A stretch of 64,000 nt of DNA from an uncultured Gemmatimonadales bacterium (GTDB lineage: Bacteria > Gemmatimonadota > Gemmatimonadetes > Gemmatimonadales > GWC2-71-9). The position numbers and the translations under genes are program-made. Within the stretch, counting starts at the first letter, position 1. The number at the start of each line of letters is the position of its first letter. This document shows positions 19,043 through 30,752 of this stretch, in pieces. The stretch lies in assembly GCA_963828735.1 (NCBI GenBank), contig CAWHFW010000002.1:256001-320000 (forward strand). Direction: 5' to 3'. Under the pieces are notes generated by a model. That model was not told where the DNA came from, searched no databases, and was given only the letters and a program-made list of their open reading frames with translations.

Positions 19043-20416
19043 TCAGGATTCATCATGTAGAGCCTCGATCTCCTGTGCGGTTGGAGGAGAACGCAATCTT
19101 GCTGCCGTCCGGCGACCATGCCGGGTAGCATCTGATGAGGTGCCGAAGGTCAGTTGCGTGACTCCGGTGCCGTCGGGATTCATGACATGGATGTGACGCT
19201 CGCCACCGTTCCGGTCGCTGACGAAGGCAATCTTCGTCCCGTCGGGGGACCAACTCGGAGCTACGTCCACTGCCAGCATCGGTCGTAAGCCGGATAACGT
19301 CGACTGCCGTCCGCATTCATGATGAAGATATCGGCGGCAAAGCCTCCGATAACCGTGAAGGCGATCCTCGTCCCATCCGGTGACCAGGCGGGAGTCATCC
19401 GCGTATCCAGCGATCGTCGTGAGCTGAGCAATCGCGGTGCCGTCAGGGTTCATCACGTAGATTTGTTCGGTTCCGACCTGCGACCACTACGACTACTGAA
19501 GGCGATCTTGCTGCCGTCCGGCGACCAGGCCGGCGAGTCGCGAAAGCGCCGCTCGTGAGCTGAGTTTGACCAGTTCCGTCGGCATTCATCACGTAGATTT
19601 GTCTGATACCCGTCCGGTTGGAGGAGAACGCAATCTTCTCACCATCCGGTGACCATGCCGGGCCGTCGTCGATAGCTCGGATTGTTGGTGAGATTCGTGA
19701 CCGTCGTCCCGTCGGCGCTCAGCAGGTACACCTCACCGTCCGAGGCAGAACGCGATGTCGAGGCCGGGAGCGGCGAGTGGTATCGGGCTGCAGGTCACGC
19801 TGAAGTTGGCATTGGCCGTGCTGCCGCTCACGCACCGTCACCGTGAGCGGATTCGTCCCGACAGCTCCACAGTTATCCGCGACATCCGACAGGGCGACAT
19901 CGTGGTCCCCGGCGTCAAGCCGGCGATCAGCACGGACCCGTTGATCGAGAGCGGTTGGGGAGTCCCACCGTCCAGTGCGACCTGATAATCGTCGGGGTCC
20001 AGGTCGTCGCCAGTTGTCGCGGCGCTCAACTGGATCGCTCCCGTCGTCGGTGCCGTCTGGCTACAGGCGACCTCGAACTGGAGGCTAGCCATGCCCCCGG
20101 CAGCAACATCGACCGTGCGCGGATTCTCGCCGCCCAGCACGCAGTTCGAGGCTACGCCCGCCAGCGTGACGCTGTGAGTGCCGACGGTAAGCGAAGCAAC
20201 CGTGTCGGCGGCATTTGGCCCCAGAGGCTGAGTTGCGTTGTGGTCGACCGTGAGCGTGTAGCCGTCGGGGTCGAGGTCGGAACCAGTGGTGGACGTAATG
20301 ACCTCAAGGGTGCCCTCGGTTGGTCCAGTGGGACCGCCACCTGACCCGCCGCCGCAGCCGAATAGTCCCAGAAATAAGACCGGCACGGACGTGCGCAGCG
20401 CGGTGCGATACCGCAT
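19043..20416 (-). pseudogene. TolB/PD40-repeat lipoprotein, multiply frameshifted
   Basis: Lipobox LFGC, Ig-like GxDLDPDGY repeats, then [12 protein letters not shown] / [16 protein letters not shown] repeats scattered over several frames. Confidence 0.8.
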
Positions 20417-20899
20417 ACGTCCTCCAGTCGGGAGGCTGATATGAGCCAGGCCCAGGCCGAGGGCGAGCGAAAAGCGCCAGCAGGCCACCATGGTGGGCTC
20501 CGATGCGACAAAAGTGAAGTTTTCGAAGCTGGTTGCTGCTACAACGGATGGGGCGGCGCAGCGCCGTCCTCACGTGTAACGGAGGGCCAACTGGCGATGG
20601 GCTGGTGGTGTGTAAGAGACGACTGGGAACATGTAGTGCAGTACACGTCCTGGCAAGCACTTCCTTCCGGCGGGGGGCCGAAACGGCGAGACATGCACCG
20701 CTACGCGGCGTTTCGGTTGATTGGCCTTGTTAGCGGCTCCGCGGGCACCCCGTGTGACCCTGTGAACGCGAGCTCAGTCCCCTGGCACCTCATGCAGCGG
20801 AACGTCGTCGGCCGGGGTTCGTCGCGCCGCCGCCTAATTCCTGCGGTGTGCCCTGGCGGCGGTCGGCTCGAGCACGGTCGTTTGTTACTAGGCGTGGCT

Positions 20900-21322
20900 T
20901 CACACCCCGGTCGGCGGGGGAGCCGCCAGCGCGTTTTCGACGGCCTCGAGCAGCTGTTCCGGGTCGAACGGCTTCCGGATCACAGGCACATGCCCGGGCA
21001 CCCCTGCCTCCGCGTCGAACTGCACGTCCGGATGGCCGGTCATGTGCAGCGCCCGCTGCCCTGGGTCGCGCTCAAGCGCCCGGCGGATTAGCTCGGCGCC
21101 AGTCATAGACGGCATCACGGAGTTTGTGAGGATGAGGGCGAACCAACCCGGCGGGGTAGCTTCCAGGAGGGCGAGTGCGGCTGGGCCGTCGATCGCCCCT
21201 ACCGCTTCGTACCCCGCTTCATGCAGCTCCCGCACCGTCACCTCGCGGACCCGGTCCGTATCATCGACAACCAGGATGCGCAGGGGCTGGCCGCTAGGTG
21301 CAGCGTCCTCGTGCGAGGTCAT
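20900..21322 (-). CDS. Atypical single-domain receiver (phospho-acceptor Asp replaced by Asn)
   Basis: ILVVDD, LILTNSVMP, MTG, KPF. Confidence 0.82.
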   Translation of the reverse strand: MTSHEDAAPSGQPLRILVVDDTDRVREVTVRELHEAGYEAVGAIDGPAALALLEATPPGWFALILTNSVMPSMTGAELIRRALERDPGQRALHMTGHPDVQFDAEAGVPGHVPVIRKPFDPEQLLEAVENALAAPPPTGV

Positions 21323-21373
21323 ACGCAAAGATCGGGACGATGGCGGGCGCGGGGGGTGACGCCCATCACCCCC

Positions 21374-21803
21374 TCATCCCCTACACCTCATTTTCCCGCG
21401 GATCTGCATCAATGCCTTCATGAGATCGCCGCTCTTCACCTGATGGCGTCTTGCGATCGCGCGTTGCCACGCGGCCAGTGAACGCGTTTCGGCGGCATCC
21501 GCTCGCATCTGCTGTGCCCGCCGCCTCATCGCTCGCGACGTGACGACTAGCGGCGCGATCGCCTCGATCAGCTCCTCGGCATCGAACGGTTTGTGCAGGA
21601 GGGGCACGGGAAGGAGATCGGGTGGGACGTCGACCACTGCCGACATGGCCACGACCGGCAATGCAGGACGGCACTCCGAGAGTACCGCGATCAGTTCGGG
21701 TCCAGATACGACGGGCATCGCCAAGTCGGTGAGGACCGCGTCGAGTAGCTGGGCCTCGTCCGCCGCGATCACATGAAGGGCCTGCTCGCCGTCGCCAGCC
21801 TCG
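21374..21803 (-). pseudogene. 5'-truncated paralog of REC gene 17350-17907
   Basis: Shares DAVxTDLAMP...RRAQQMRADAAETRSLAAWQ; similarity stops at ~21803, N-terminal acidic pocket missing. Confidence 0.8.
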
Positions 21804-22474
21804 ATTACGGAGGCTCCGACGGCGGAATAACAAGACGGGGAAGCTGCGGCCCGGATACACCTTCATGGCCCGAACAGAAACGGGCTGGAAGCAGATGGGC
21901 ACCCGAGAGCTTAGCATACATACTTCTCACCACGCTGTGTAAGGCAACGCCATCTCTCACGACGGGGCGGTGGTGCATACTCCACAGACCACGCGCCTCT
22001 CCCCCCTCCCCGCAGTCGGGGCGCTCGAGCGTGACAGAGGTTGCGACGTCGCACCGGATCGGCGGGCTCGGCAGGTAGTTCGGGTACTTCCGAGTGATCC
22101 CCCACCCGGATTCCGCGGCAGCGCAGTGACCCCGGACACAGCCGGGGTCACCGTGAGGGCAACTCCTTGGGGGCCAACGGAGCTTGCGTCCAAGGTTCGG
22201 CAAGTCTGCCCAACGCTACCCCAACACAAACTCCTTGTACAGCAACTATGCGCGGTCGCCACAGTTGCAGGTTTGCAGCGCAGCCATGATGGCGGGGCTG
22301 TCAGCTGTAATGCCGTACACCGTATGGCGTTGTGAACCATACAGTTGGCGGGCGCAAGTCCCCATGCGACTGGCACGACTCTGGCACATGCGCCAACGGA
22401 GGGCGTGTGTCGTGTCGCCGCTCGAACCCGTTGGCTCCCTGGGCACATCTTCGTTTTTCTGACTGGATGTTTCT

Positions 22475-24346
22475 ATGCGATCGATGGGTCTGCTGGCCGT
22501 AGTTTCTGGAACGCTGGTTCTGGGCTCATCGTGCAGTGAGGGCAGAGACCTGATCCGACCCGAGAACGAAGCGCCGGTCGCGAATTTCGAGCTGCCGGCA
22601 TGCACTATTGACGAGCCGTGCGAGTTCGTCAGCACCAGCACCGATGATGCCGCCGTGACCGGGTGGAGCTGGGACTATAACGAGGATAACACTCCCGACG
22701 CGAACACCGCGACCGCCGAATACACCTATCGGACGGCGGGTACTTTCGACGTCAGTCTGACCGTGTTCGATGCCGAGGGATTGAGCCACCGGAAGACCAG
22801 CCGCATCACCATCGATCCAGCTGTCAACACCCCACCGACCGCGGGCTTCACCTACAGCTGTAATGGGCTGGACTGCACTTTTGCCAACACCAGCAGCGAC
22901 GCAGCGCCGGGCACGATCGCGACCTATGCCTGGACCTTCGGCGACAACGCGACGTCGGACCAGGCGTCTCCAACTCACACCTACACCGTCACAGCCCCGA
23001 CGGAGTTCACGGTGACGCTTACCGTGACCGACAACGAGGGCGCTACCGACGCCGAAACTCAAACCATCCCCGTCACCCCCGCCGCTCCAGTGAACCCGCC
23101 GACCGCCGGGTTCACCCAGACGTGTACGCTGCTGGTCTGCGAGTTCGTCAGCACCAGCGCTGACGTGGCGCCCGGGGCGATCGTGAGCTACGCCTGGACG
23201 TTCGGGGACGGTGGCACCGCAACAGGGAACAAGCCGTCCCATACCTACAACGTCTCGGCGCGCACCGAGTTCACGGTAACACTCACGGTGACCGACAACG
23301 AGGGATTCACCGGCGTCGCGACCCGGACGGTGACCGTCGATCCGGTACCACCGTTGAACAATCCACCAACGGCCAGCTTCAGATACTCTTGTGCCGCCGC
23401 CGTCTGCACTTTCACCAGCACCGCCACCGACCCGGAGGGTCCGCCGATCGCTGCCTTTGCGTGGACCTTCGGTGACGGCGCTCAGACCACCGGAAACATA
23501 GCAACGCATACCTACGCCATTTCCGCCATTACGGAATTCACCGTTACGCTCACGGTTACGGACGTCGGGGGCGCTACGACCGCCGCCTCGCAGACGATAT
23601 CAGTCAATCCGGACCCTTCGGCCAACACCCCGCCGACGGCGAGCTTCGAATCAAATTGCTACGGAGACGGCTGCGCCTTCATCAACAAGAGCACCGACGC
23701 GTCACCAGGCGCCATCGTAAGCTATGCCTGGACCTACGGTGACGGGGGGACTTCGAGCCGGAACACGGCGTGCTTCCCCTGGACTGAACGGTGTGGACTC
23801 GGCAGGCACGTCTACAGCATTACCGGTCCGACGACCTTCACGGTCACGCTCACCGTGACGGACAACCTGGGAGCGGTTGCCGTCGCAAGCAAGACGATTA
23901 CCGTGAAACCCCTGCCGCCGGCGGTTCAGGGTTGCACCACCTCCGGTAAGATTGTGGAGTGCGTCCTCGACATCCCGACCCGGTCGAGTCTGGTACTCAA
24001 TGTGCTCGGCGTCAGCTGCGACTTGGGTGGGCAGAACGTCAGCGCTCCCCCGCCAGTGCTCGCTGTGATGTTCATAAACGTCTGCAACAAAGTACACGTT
24101 GGTGATTCGAATGGGATATTCGCCGGCAACGATGAGGGCCGCTACTTGTACCAGGCCGGCACTCAGGCGCGGATATGGTTCCGCCAGAGCGACTCTGCTG
24201 GTCACCCGCTGAATCCCGCACAGGGTCGGCTGGAGGGAACCTACCCCAACTGGACAATCAGTTACGACGATGGCGACCATCCGGACGTACCGGGTGAGCC
24301 GGACTTCGCCGATCTCGTTCTCGGGGTCCAGGCGACCGTTCGCTAG
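22475..24346 (+). CDS. Surface lipoprotein with five PKD domains
   Basis: Lipobox-like LGSSC; five PxAxF...WTFGDG...VTLTVTD repeats. Confidence 0.92.
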   Translation: MRSMGLLAVVSGTLVLGSSCSEGRDLIRPENEAPVANFELPACTIDEPCEFVSTSTDDAAVTGWSWDYNEDNTPDANTATAEYTYRTAGTFDVSLTVFDAEGLSHRKTSRITIDPAVNTPPTAGFTYSCNGLDCTFANTSSDAAPGTIATYAWTFGDNATSDQASPTHTYTVTAPTEFTVTLTVTDNEGATDAETQTIPVTPAAPVNPPTAGFTQTCTLLVCEFVSTSADVAPGAIVSYAWTFGDGGTATGNKPSHTYNVSARTEFTVTLTVTDNEGFTGVATRTVTVDPVPPLNNPPTASFRYSCAAAVCTFTSTATDPEGPPIAAFAWTFGDGAQTTGNIATHTYAISAITEFTVTLTVTDVGGATTAASQTISVNPDPSANTPPTASFESNCYGDGCAFINKSTDASPGAIVSYAWTYGDGGTSSRNTACFPWTERCGLGRHVYSITGPTTFTVTLTVTDNLGAVAVASKTITVKPLPPAVQGCTTSGKIVECVLDIPTRSSLVLNVLGVSCDLGGQNVSAPPPVLAVMFINVCNKVHVGDSNGIFAGNDEGRYLYQAGTQARIWFRQSDSAGHPLNPAQGRLEGTYPNWTISYDDGDHPDVPGEPDFADLVLGVQATVR

Positions 24347-24657
24347 CCCTTGACCGGCGGCACCTGGGCCTCGAGGAACAACCCGCTGCGCCAAGTGGCT
24401 CGCCGACCTGCTAGGCCAGTAGACAGCACCGCACCGCGTGCCTAGGCCGTTCGGCCCTCTTGCGATCCACACGCCCGGTGGAGACGTGCAGAGGCCGCCT
24501 AGCGTCGGCGGCCGGGCGGCCTTCGCACCTTGATGTTCCCCTGCTCATCCGGTAATGCCAACGCCGTTGCCGATGGTGGTGGCCTCGTCTGCCCCAAATG
24601 CGACCCGCTGGGATATGCTCGGACCGTCAAGGCGCGCATTCAGGCGGCGCCGGCGGC

Positions 24658-24900
24658 ATGATTGAGCGGGAGGTGGTGACGATCACACCGGCCGGGCTTC
24701 GCCCGAACCAGGCTGCCCGGTACCTCGGCATCGGACTCACCTTCCTGCAGAGTCTTCCCATCACTCCGATCCGGGTCCGCGGCAATGGACCCAAGGGCAA
24801 GCCAGTCGTCCTCTATTTGCGGCGCGAACTCGATGCCTGGCTTGAGGACCAAGCCGCACGCCGTGACGCGGACATCCGCTTCATCTCGAAAGCGAGCTAG
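24658..24900 (+). CDS. Excisionase/AlpA-like winged-HTH protein
   Basis: GLRPNQAARYLGIG...VLYLRRELDAWLE; directly upstream of integrase. Confidence 0.75.
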   Translation: MIEREVVTITPAGLRPNQAARYLGIGLTFLQSLPITPIRVRGNGPKGKPVVLYLRRELDAWLEDQAARRDADIRFISKAS

Positions 24901-24902
24901 CC

Positions 24903-26074
24903 ATGGTGTTCAAGCGCACCGGCGCCAGCACGTACGCCTTTCAGGCCCGACTCCCCAACGGGCGATACAAACAACTCCAGACCGGCGCGCCTTTCGGGTC
25001 GCAGGGCAAGGCGCTCGGACAGCGGGTGGAGGCTATGTGGACCAGCCTGGCGCTCGAGCACCGGGCGTGGGATCTTCTCGAGCCCGTTCTGAGGGCCAGC
25101 CGCGGCGAGCGCGCTGCCCGCCTGGGCCGCCTCTACGATCTGTGGGTGGAGACTCGCTACAACCCCGGGGAGATGCGCCGCCGGCTTGATGACCGAAACA
25201 TCGAACCGCTTGTGAGAGAATGGGCGGCGTGGTACGAGGGGCAGGTACGGCCTGATAGCGCCGCCCATGCCCTCGCCCACGTGCGCCACCTGCTGCCGGC
25301 TGGCAGTCCGCGGCTAGTCTCCGACGTCACGACCGACTGGCTCACGGGAGTCCTCACGACCTACACCGGGAAACGGAACACTCGCCGGAAGGTGCATAGC
25401 TCATGGTCCGGGTTTTTCGCCTATCTGACCGGTGTTCGTCGCCTCTTTCTCGCCAACCCGATGAACACGGTCCCGCGGCCATCCGAGGAGGCCAGCCCGA
25501 TCCGCTTCTATGAGCCCGATACGGTCGAGCGCATCGTCGGCTGGCAGCCTACCGCCGCACGACGGGCGGCGTTCGCCCTGGCCTATGGGGGCGCGATCGA
25601 GGCGAGTGTGTGGTGGCGCTCACCCGTAGGCAGTTCTTCGACACGGCCGGCAGGCTGGTCCGAGCGGCAGGCACCAAGGCTCACACTCGAGATCGGATCT
25701 GTCGCGTGGCCGACTGGGCATGGCCCCACGTCTGGGAGCACATCCGCGACCTTTTGCCGGATGCACCTCTATTCCCCGGTTGGAACCGGTGGACACTCTC
25801 CGATTGGCACCGCGAATGCGTCGGCTGGGATGAGGAGCAGAAGGCCGGGCTCAACCTGGCGGTACGCTACCCTCTTCACGCGGCCCGTGATCACTGGGCG
25901 GTGATGCGGCTTCGGTCTGGCGCTCCGGTGGCCGTCGTGCAGCTCCAGCTCGGCCACGAGAGCCCGACGCTGACGCTCAGGAAGTACGGTCGATTCATCC
26001 CTAGCGGAGCGGACCGTGATCAGGTGGAGCAGGCAGTGACGGCGTACGAGACGAGGCGCCGCCAGGTCCGGTGA
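24903..26074 (+). CDS. Tyrosine recombinase/integrase (apparent frameshift ~25610)
   Basis: Core-binding region ending NPM..VPRP; GTK, LHAARDH (HxxR), QLGHES, TLRKY; adjacent to tRNA att. Confidence 0.88.
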
Positions 26075-26167
26075 TCTTCGGGTATTTCTGGGGAGTCGCA
26101 GTGCAGCCAGTGGTGCAGAAGACGAGAAACCACTTGAACGCAAGCGCCCAAGTGGTTGTCTGGTAAG

Positions 26168-26241
26168 TAGCAGGGGCGGGACTCGAACCCGCGACCCCGG
26201 CATTATGAGTGCCGTGCTCTAACCAGCTGAGCTACCCTGCC
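26168..26241 (-). tRNA. tRNA-Met (CAT), elongator-like; CCA not encoded
   Basis: GGCAGGGTAGCTCAGCTGGTTAGAGCACGGCACTCATAATGCCGGGGTCGCGGGTTCGAGTCCCGCCCCTGCTA folds as a cloverleaf. Confidence 0.95.
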
Positions 26242-26301
26242 TTGCTGCGGTGCGAACTCTAACTTCTGCCCTCACAAACGCAACCCCGGTCAGCACATGC
26301 C

Positions 26302-29064
26302 TCAGTCGACTTCCACCGCACGGCGGCGGAGCATGCCGGCGACCTGCTCCCCGAGCGCCTCGGGCGTGAACGGTTTCTGCAGAAATGGCTGACCCGCGTC
26401 GAGCAACCCGCGTCGTACCACCTCGTCGTCCGTGTACCCGCTCATGAAGAGCACCGGGAGGCCGGGCCGGATGGTGAGGGCCTTGCGTGCCAGCTCCGGC
26501 CCATCCATCCCCGGCATCACCACGTCGGCGACGATGAGCCGGACCCGGCTCTCGGCGCGGCTGAGCAGCTCGAGCGCCTCACCGCCGTCCTTGGCCTCGA
26601 GCACGTTGTAACCGAACTCTGACAGCGCCCGCGACGCCATTTGGCGCACCGCGGGCTCATCTTCGACCACGAGCACGACCTCCCCCGAGGCTCTGGACGT
26701 GAGCGGCGCGTCGGGCACCTCGTTCGACGCCGACGCCGCGAAGGGGAGATACACCTTGAAAGTCGTTCCCTTCCCCACCTCGCTGTACACCCACACGTAT
26801 CCGTTGCTCTGTTTCACGATGCCGTAGACGGTGGCCAGGCCCAGCCCGGTACCCTTGCCGACCGGTTTGGTCGTATAGAACGGCTCGAACACGCGCGCCG
26901 AGGTGTCCCGGCTCATGCCGTGACCGGTGTCGCTCACCGCCAGCACGGCGTACGGACCGGGCACGATCGTCACCCCCGAGTGCTCGCGCGCGTACGCCGC
27001 CGTCAGGTCCGCGCGGAAGGTCTCGATCGAGAGCCGGCCTCCCATCGGCATCGCGTCACGGGAATTCAGGGTCAGGTTGAGCAACACCTGGGCGAGCTGA
27101 CCCGGATCGGCCTTCACCCGCGCCGGCGCCGAGCCGAGTCGGAGCTCGAGCGTGGACCGCTCCCCCAGCGTACGACGCAGCATGGCCTGAAGGCCGGACA
27201 CGGTCTCGTCCAGGTCCAGCACCCGGGGCTGAAGCACCTGGCGCCGGCTGAAGGCCAGGAGCTGCCCGGTAATCACGGCCGTGCGTTCCGCCGCGGCCCG
27301 GATCTCCTCGACATCCTGGCGCGCGACGCCCGTGAGCTCGGGGCGACGCAGCAGGAACGCCGCCGCGCCGAGAATGACCGTCATCTGGTTGTTCGCCTCG
27401 TGCGCGACACCACCGGCGAGCTGGCCCACGACTTCGAGCCGCTCGCTCTGGCGCGCACGCTCCTCGATCTGGCGGCGGGCCGTCTCGTCGGTATTGACCT
27501 CCACCACGCCAAGCGGCCGGCCCTCGACATCCTGCCGCAATACCCACTGCGAGGCGACGAACACGCGCGCGCCGCTCTTGGCGTGGTGAACGAGCTGGCC
27601 TTCCCACCGGCCGCCCGCCGCCAACACCTGTTCGATCTCGTGGAGCGCAAACGGAAACTCCGTCCTAAGCAGTTCGTGGGAGACGCGTCCGAGCGCCTCC
27701 TCCGCCGTCCACCCGTACAATCGTTCCGCGCCTCGGCTCCAATAGGTGATCCGTCCGCTCCGATCCCGCATCAGGACCTGCGCCAGGTCGAGGGCCTGTC
27801 CCAGTTCCCGACTTCGCGCGGTCTCGGCGGTGAGCAGGCTCTGGGTACGGCGCTCCGCGGTGATGTCGCGCTTGATGGACGATGCGCCCGTCACCACCCC
27901 TGAGAGATCGCGGATCGGCGAGACGCTGAGCGCGATGGTGATTCGCTGGCCGTCCTTCCGGACGCGTTCGGTCTCGGCGAAGGCCACGGGCTGGCCGCTC
28001 CTCACCCGCGCGAGCACGTCACGCTCGGCGTCGTGCAGCTCCGGGGGGACCAGGGTGAAGATCGACTGCCCCACGATCTCCTCGGCGGAGTAGCCGAAAA
28101 TGCGCTCCGCGGCGCGGTTCCAGCTCGTGATCGTCCCGTCGAGCCCCTTGCCGACAATCGCGTCCTCGGAGTTCACGACGATCGCCGCGAGCCGCTCTGT
28201 GGCTTCCTGCACCCGCACGAGGTCGGTCACGTCGCGCAGCACCACGGTCAGGCCATCGCTCGAGGGGTAAGCCGTGACCTGGAGCCAGCTGCTGACCGGT
28301 GAATAGAATGCTTGCGCCGTGTAGACCCGCTCCCCGCCCATCGTGCGGCGGAAGGCCGATCCGAACGCCCCTTCGGCGTCCTCGTCGATAACCTCCCAAA
28401 GCAGCCGACCGACCGTCTGCTTCAGCGGAAGACCGATCAGTGTGGCGGCGGCCGAATTCATATAGGTGACGAGCCAACGAGCGTCGACGACGATGAGCGC
28501 GTCGGTGAGACTGCCGAGAATCCGTTCGACGCGCTCCATCTGCTGCTCGGATCGCCGCGATTCGTTCTCCGCGCGCTTCGATTCCTCTTCCGCGCGCAGC
28601 GTCTCCTCTTCGGCCCGCGCGGCCTCCTCCTCGGCGCGAATCGTCTCTTCCTCCGCCCGCTCCGCCTCGGTGCGAGCCCGCCCGAGCGCGGCGGCGGCGG
28701 CGCGCACCGCGCGCAGGCGCGCTTCGCCCAGCCAGCCCATGCCCACGCCCGTCAGCGTGAACAGCAGGGCACCCAGCGTGGGCGTGGCTCCGGTCGGCAG
28801 CCAGCGCCCCGCCGGCGCGAGGAAGAACTGGAGCGCCGCCAGCAGCCCGATGAGCGTCGCCACGACCGCGGGCCCGAGCCCGAAGAAAAACGCGACGACG
28901 AACACCATCGGGAAGAGCGTGATGAAGGGAAGCTCGGTACCGAGCTGGGGACCCAGCATGAGACGCGCGAAGACGGCGATGCTCACGGCCGCCAGCGCCG
29001 CCACGTAAGGAATCACCCGCTGGGAGAGGCGGCTCACGGAATCGTGGTGGGCATCGCGGTCCAT
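26302..29064 (-). CDS. Hybrid sensor histidine kinase (DUF4118-like TM region, 3 PAS, HisKA, HATPase, REC)
   Basis: LAGGVAHEANN, NLTLNSRDAM, DTGHG, FYTTK..GKGTGLGL, VVEDE/ADVVMP/KPF. Confidence 0.93.
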   Translation of the reverse strand: MDRDAHHDSVSRLSQRVIPYVAALAAVSIAVFARLMLGPQLGTELPFITLFPMVFVVAFFFGLGPAVVATLIGLLAALQFFLAPAGRWLPTGATPTLGALLFTLTGVGMGWLGEARLRAVRAAAAALGRARTEAERAEEETIRAEEEAARAEEETLRAEEESKRAENESRRSEQQMERVERILGSLTDALIVVDARWLVTYMNSAAATLIGLPLKQTVGRLLWEVIDEDAEGAFGSAFRRTMGGERVYTAQAFYSPVSSWLQVTAYPSSDGLTVVLRDVTDLVRVQEATERLAAIVVNSEDAIVGKGLDGTITSWNRAAERIFGYSAEEIVGQSIFTLVPPELHDAERDVLARVRSGQPVAFAETERVRKDGQRITIALSVSPIRDLSGVVTGASSIKRDITAERRTQSLLTAETARSRELGQALDLAQVLMRDRSGRITYWSRGAERLYGWTAEEALGRVSHELLRTEFPFALHEIEQVLAAGGRWEGQLVHHAKSGARVFVASQWVLRQDVEGRPLGVVEVNTDETARRQIEERARQSERLEVVGQLAGGVAHEANNQMTVILGAAAFLLRRPELTGVARQDVEEIRAAAERTAVITGQLLAFSRRQVLQPRVLDLDETVSGLQAMLRRTLGERSTLELRLGSAPARVKADPGQLAQVLLNLTLNSRDAMPMGGRLSIETFRADLTAAYAREHSGVTIVPGPYAVLAVSDTGHGMSRDTSARVFEPFYTTKPVGKGTGLGLATVYGIVKQSNGYVWVYSEVGKGTTFKVYLPFAASASNEVPDAPLTSRASGEVVLVVEDEPAVRQMASRALSEFGYNVLEAKDGGEALELLSRAESRVRLIVADVVMPGMDGPELARKALTIRPGLPVLFMSGYTDDEVVRRGLLDAGQPFLQKPFTPEALGEQVAGMLRRRAVEVD

Positions 29065-29117
29065 GCGTGCGGGACCTTGGGAAAGAGGCGGGGTGGGGCG
29101 ACCGACGGCGTCGGCCA

Positions 29118-30739
<1,622 letters not shown>

Positions 30740-30752
30740 TCAACGCGGGGCG

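Larger units (their letters stand above)
18147..26209. mobile_element. ~8 kb integrative element/genomic island in tRNA-Met
   Basis: Flanking 42-bp direct repeats; integrase and excisionase-like genes next to the tRNA; decayed cargo; visibly less GC-biased sequence. Confidence 0.9.

Noticed and set aside
22570..23910. Repeated ~260-bp DNA units as a possible CRISPR or repeat array
   Set aside because: They are the coding PKD domain repeats; no constant repeat/unique spacer pattern and no cas genes.
26168..26241. tRNA(CAT) as Ile2 or initiator, given tilS in the window
   Set aside because: No initiator C1 mismatch or GGG/CCC anticodon stem; overall pattern resembles elongator Met. Ile2 cannot be fully excluded without an isotype-specific model.
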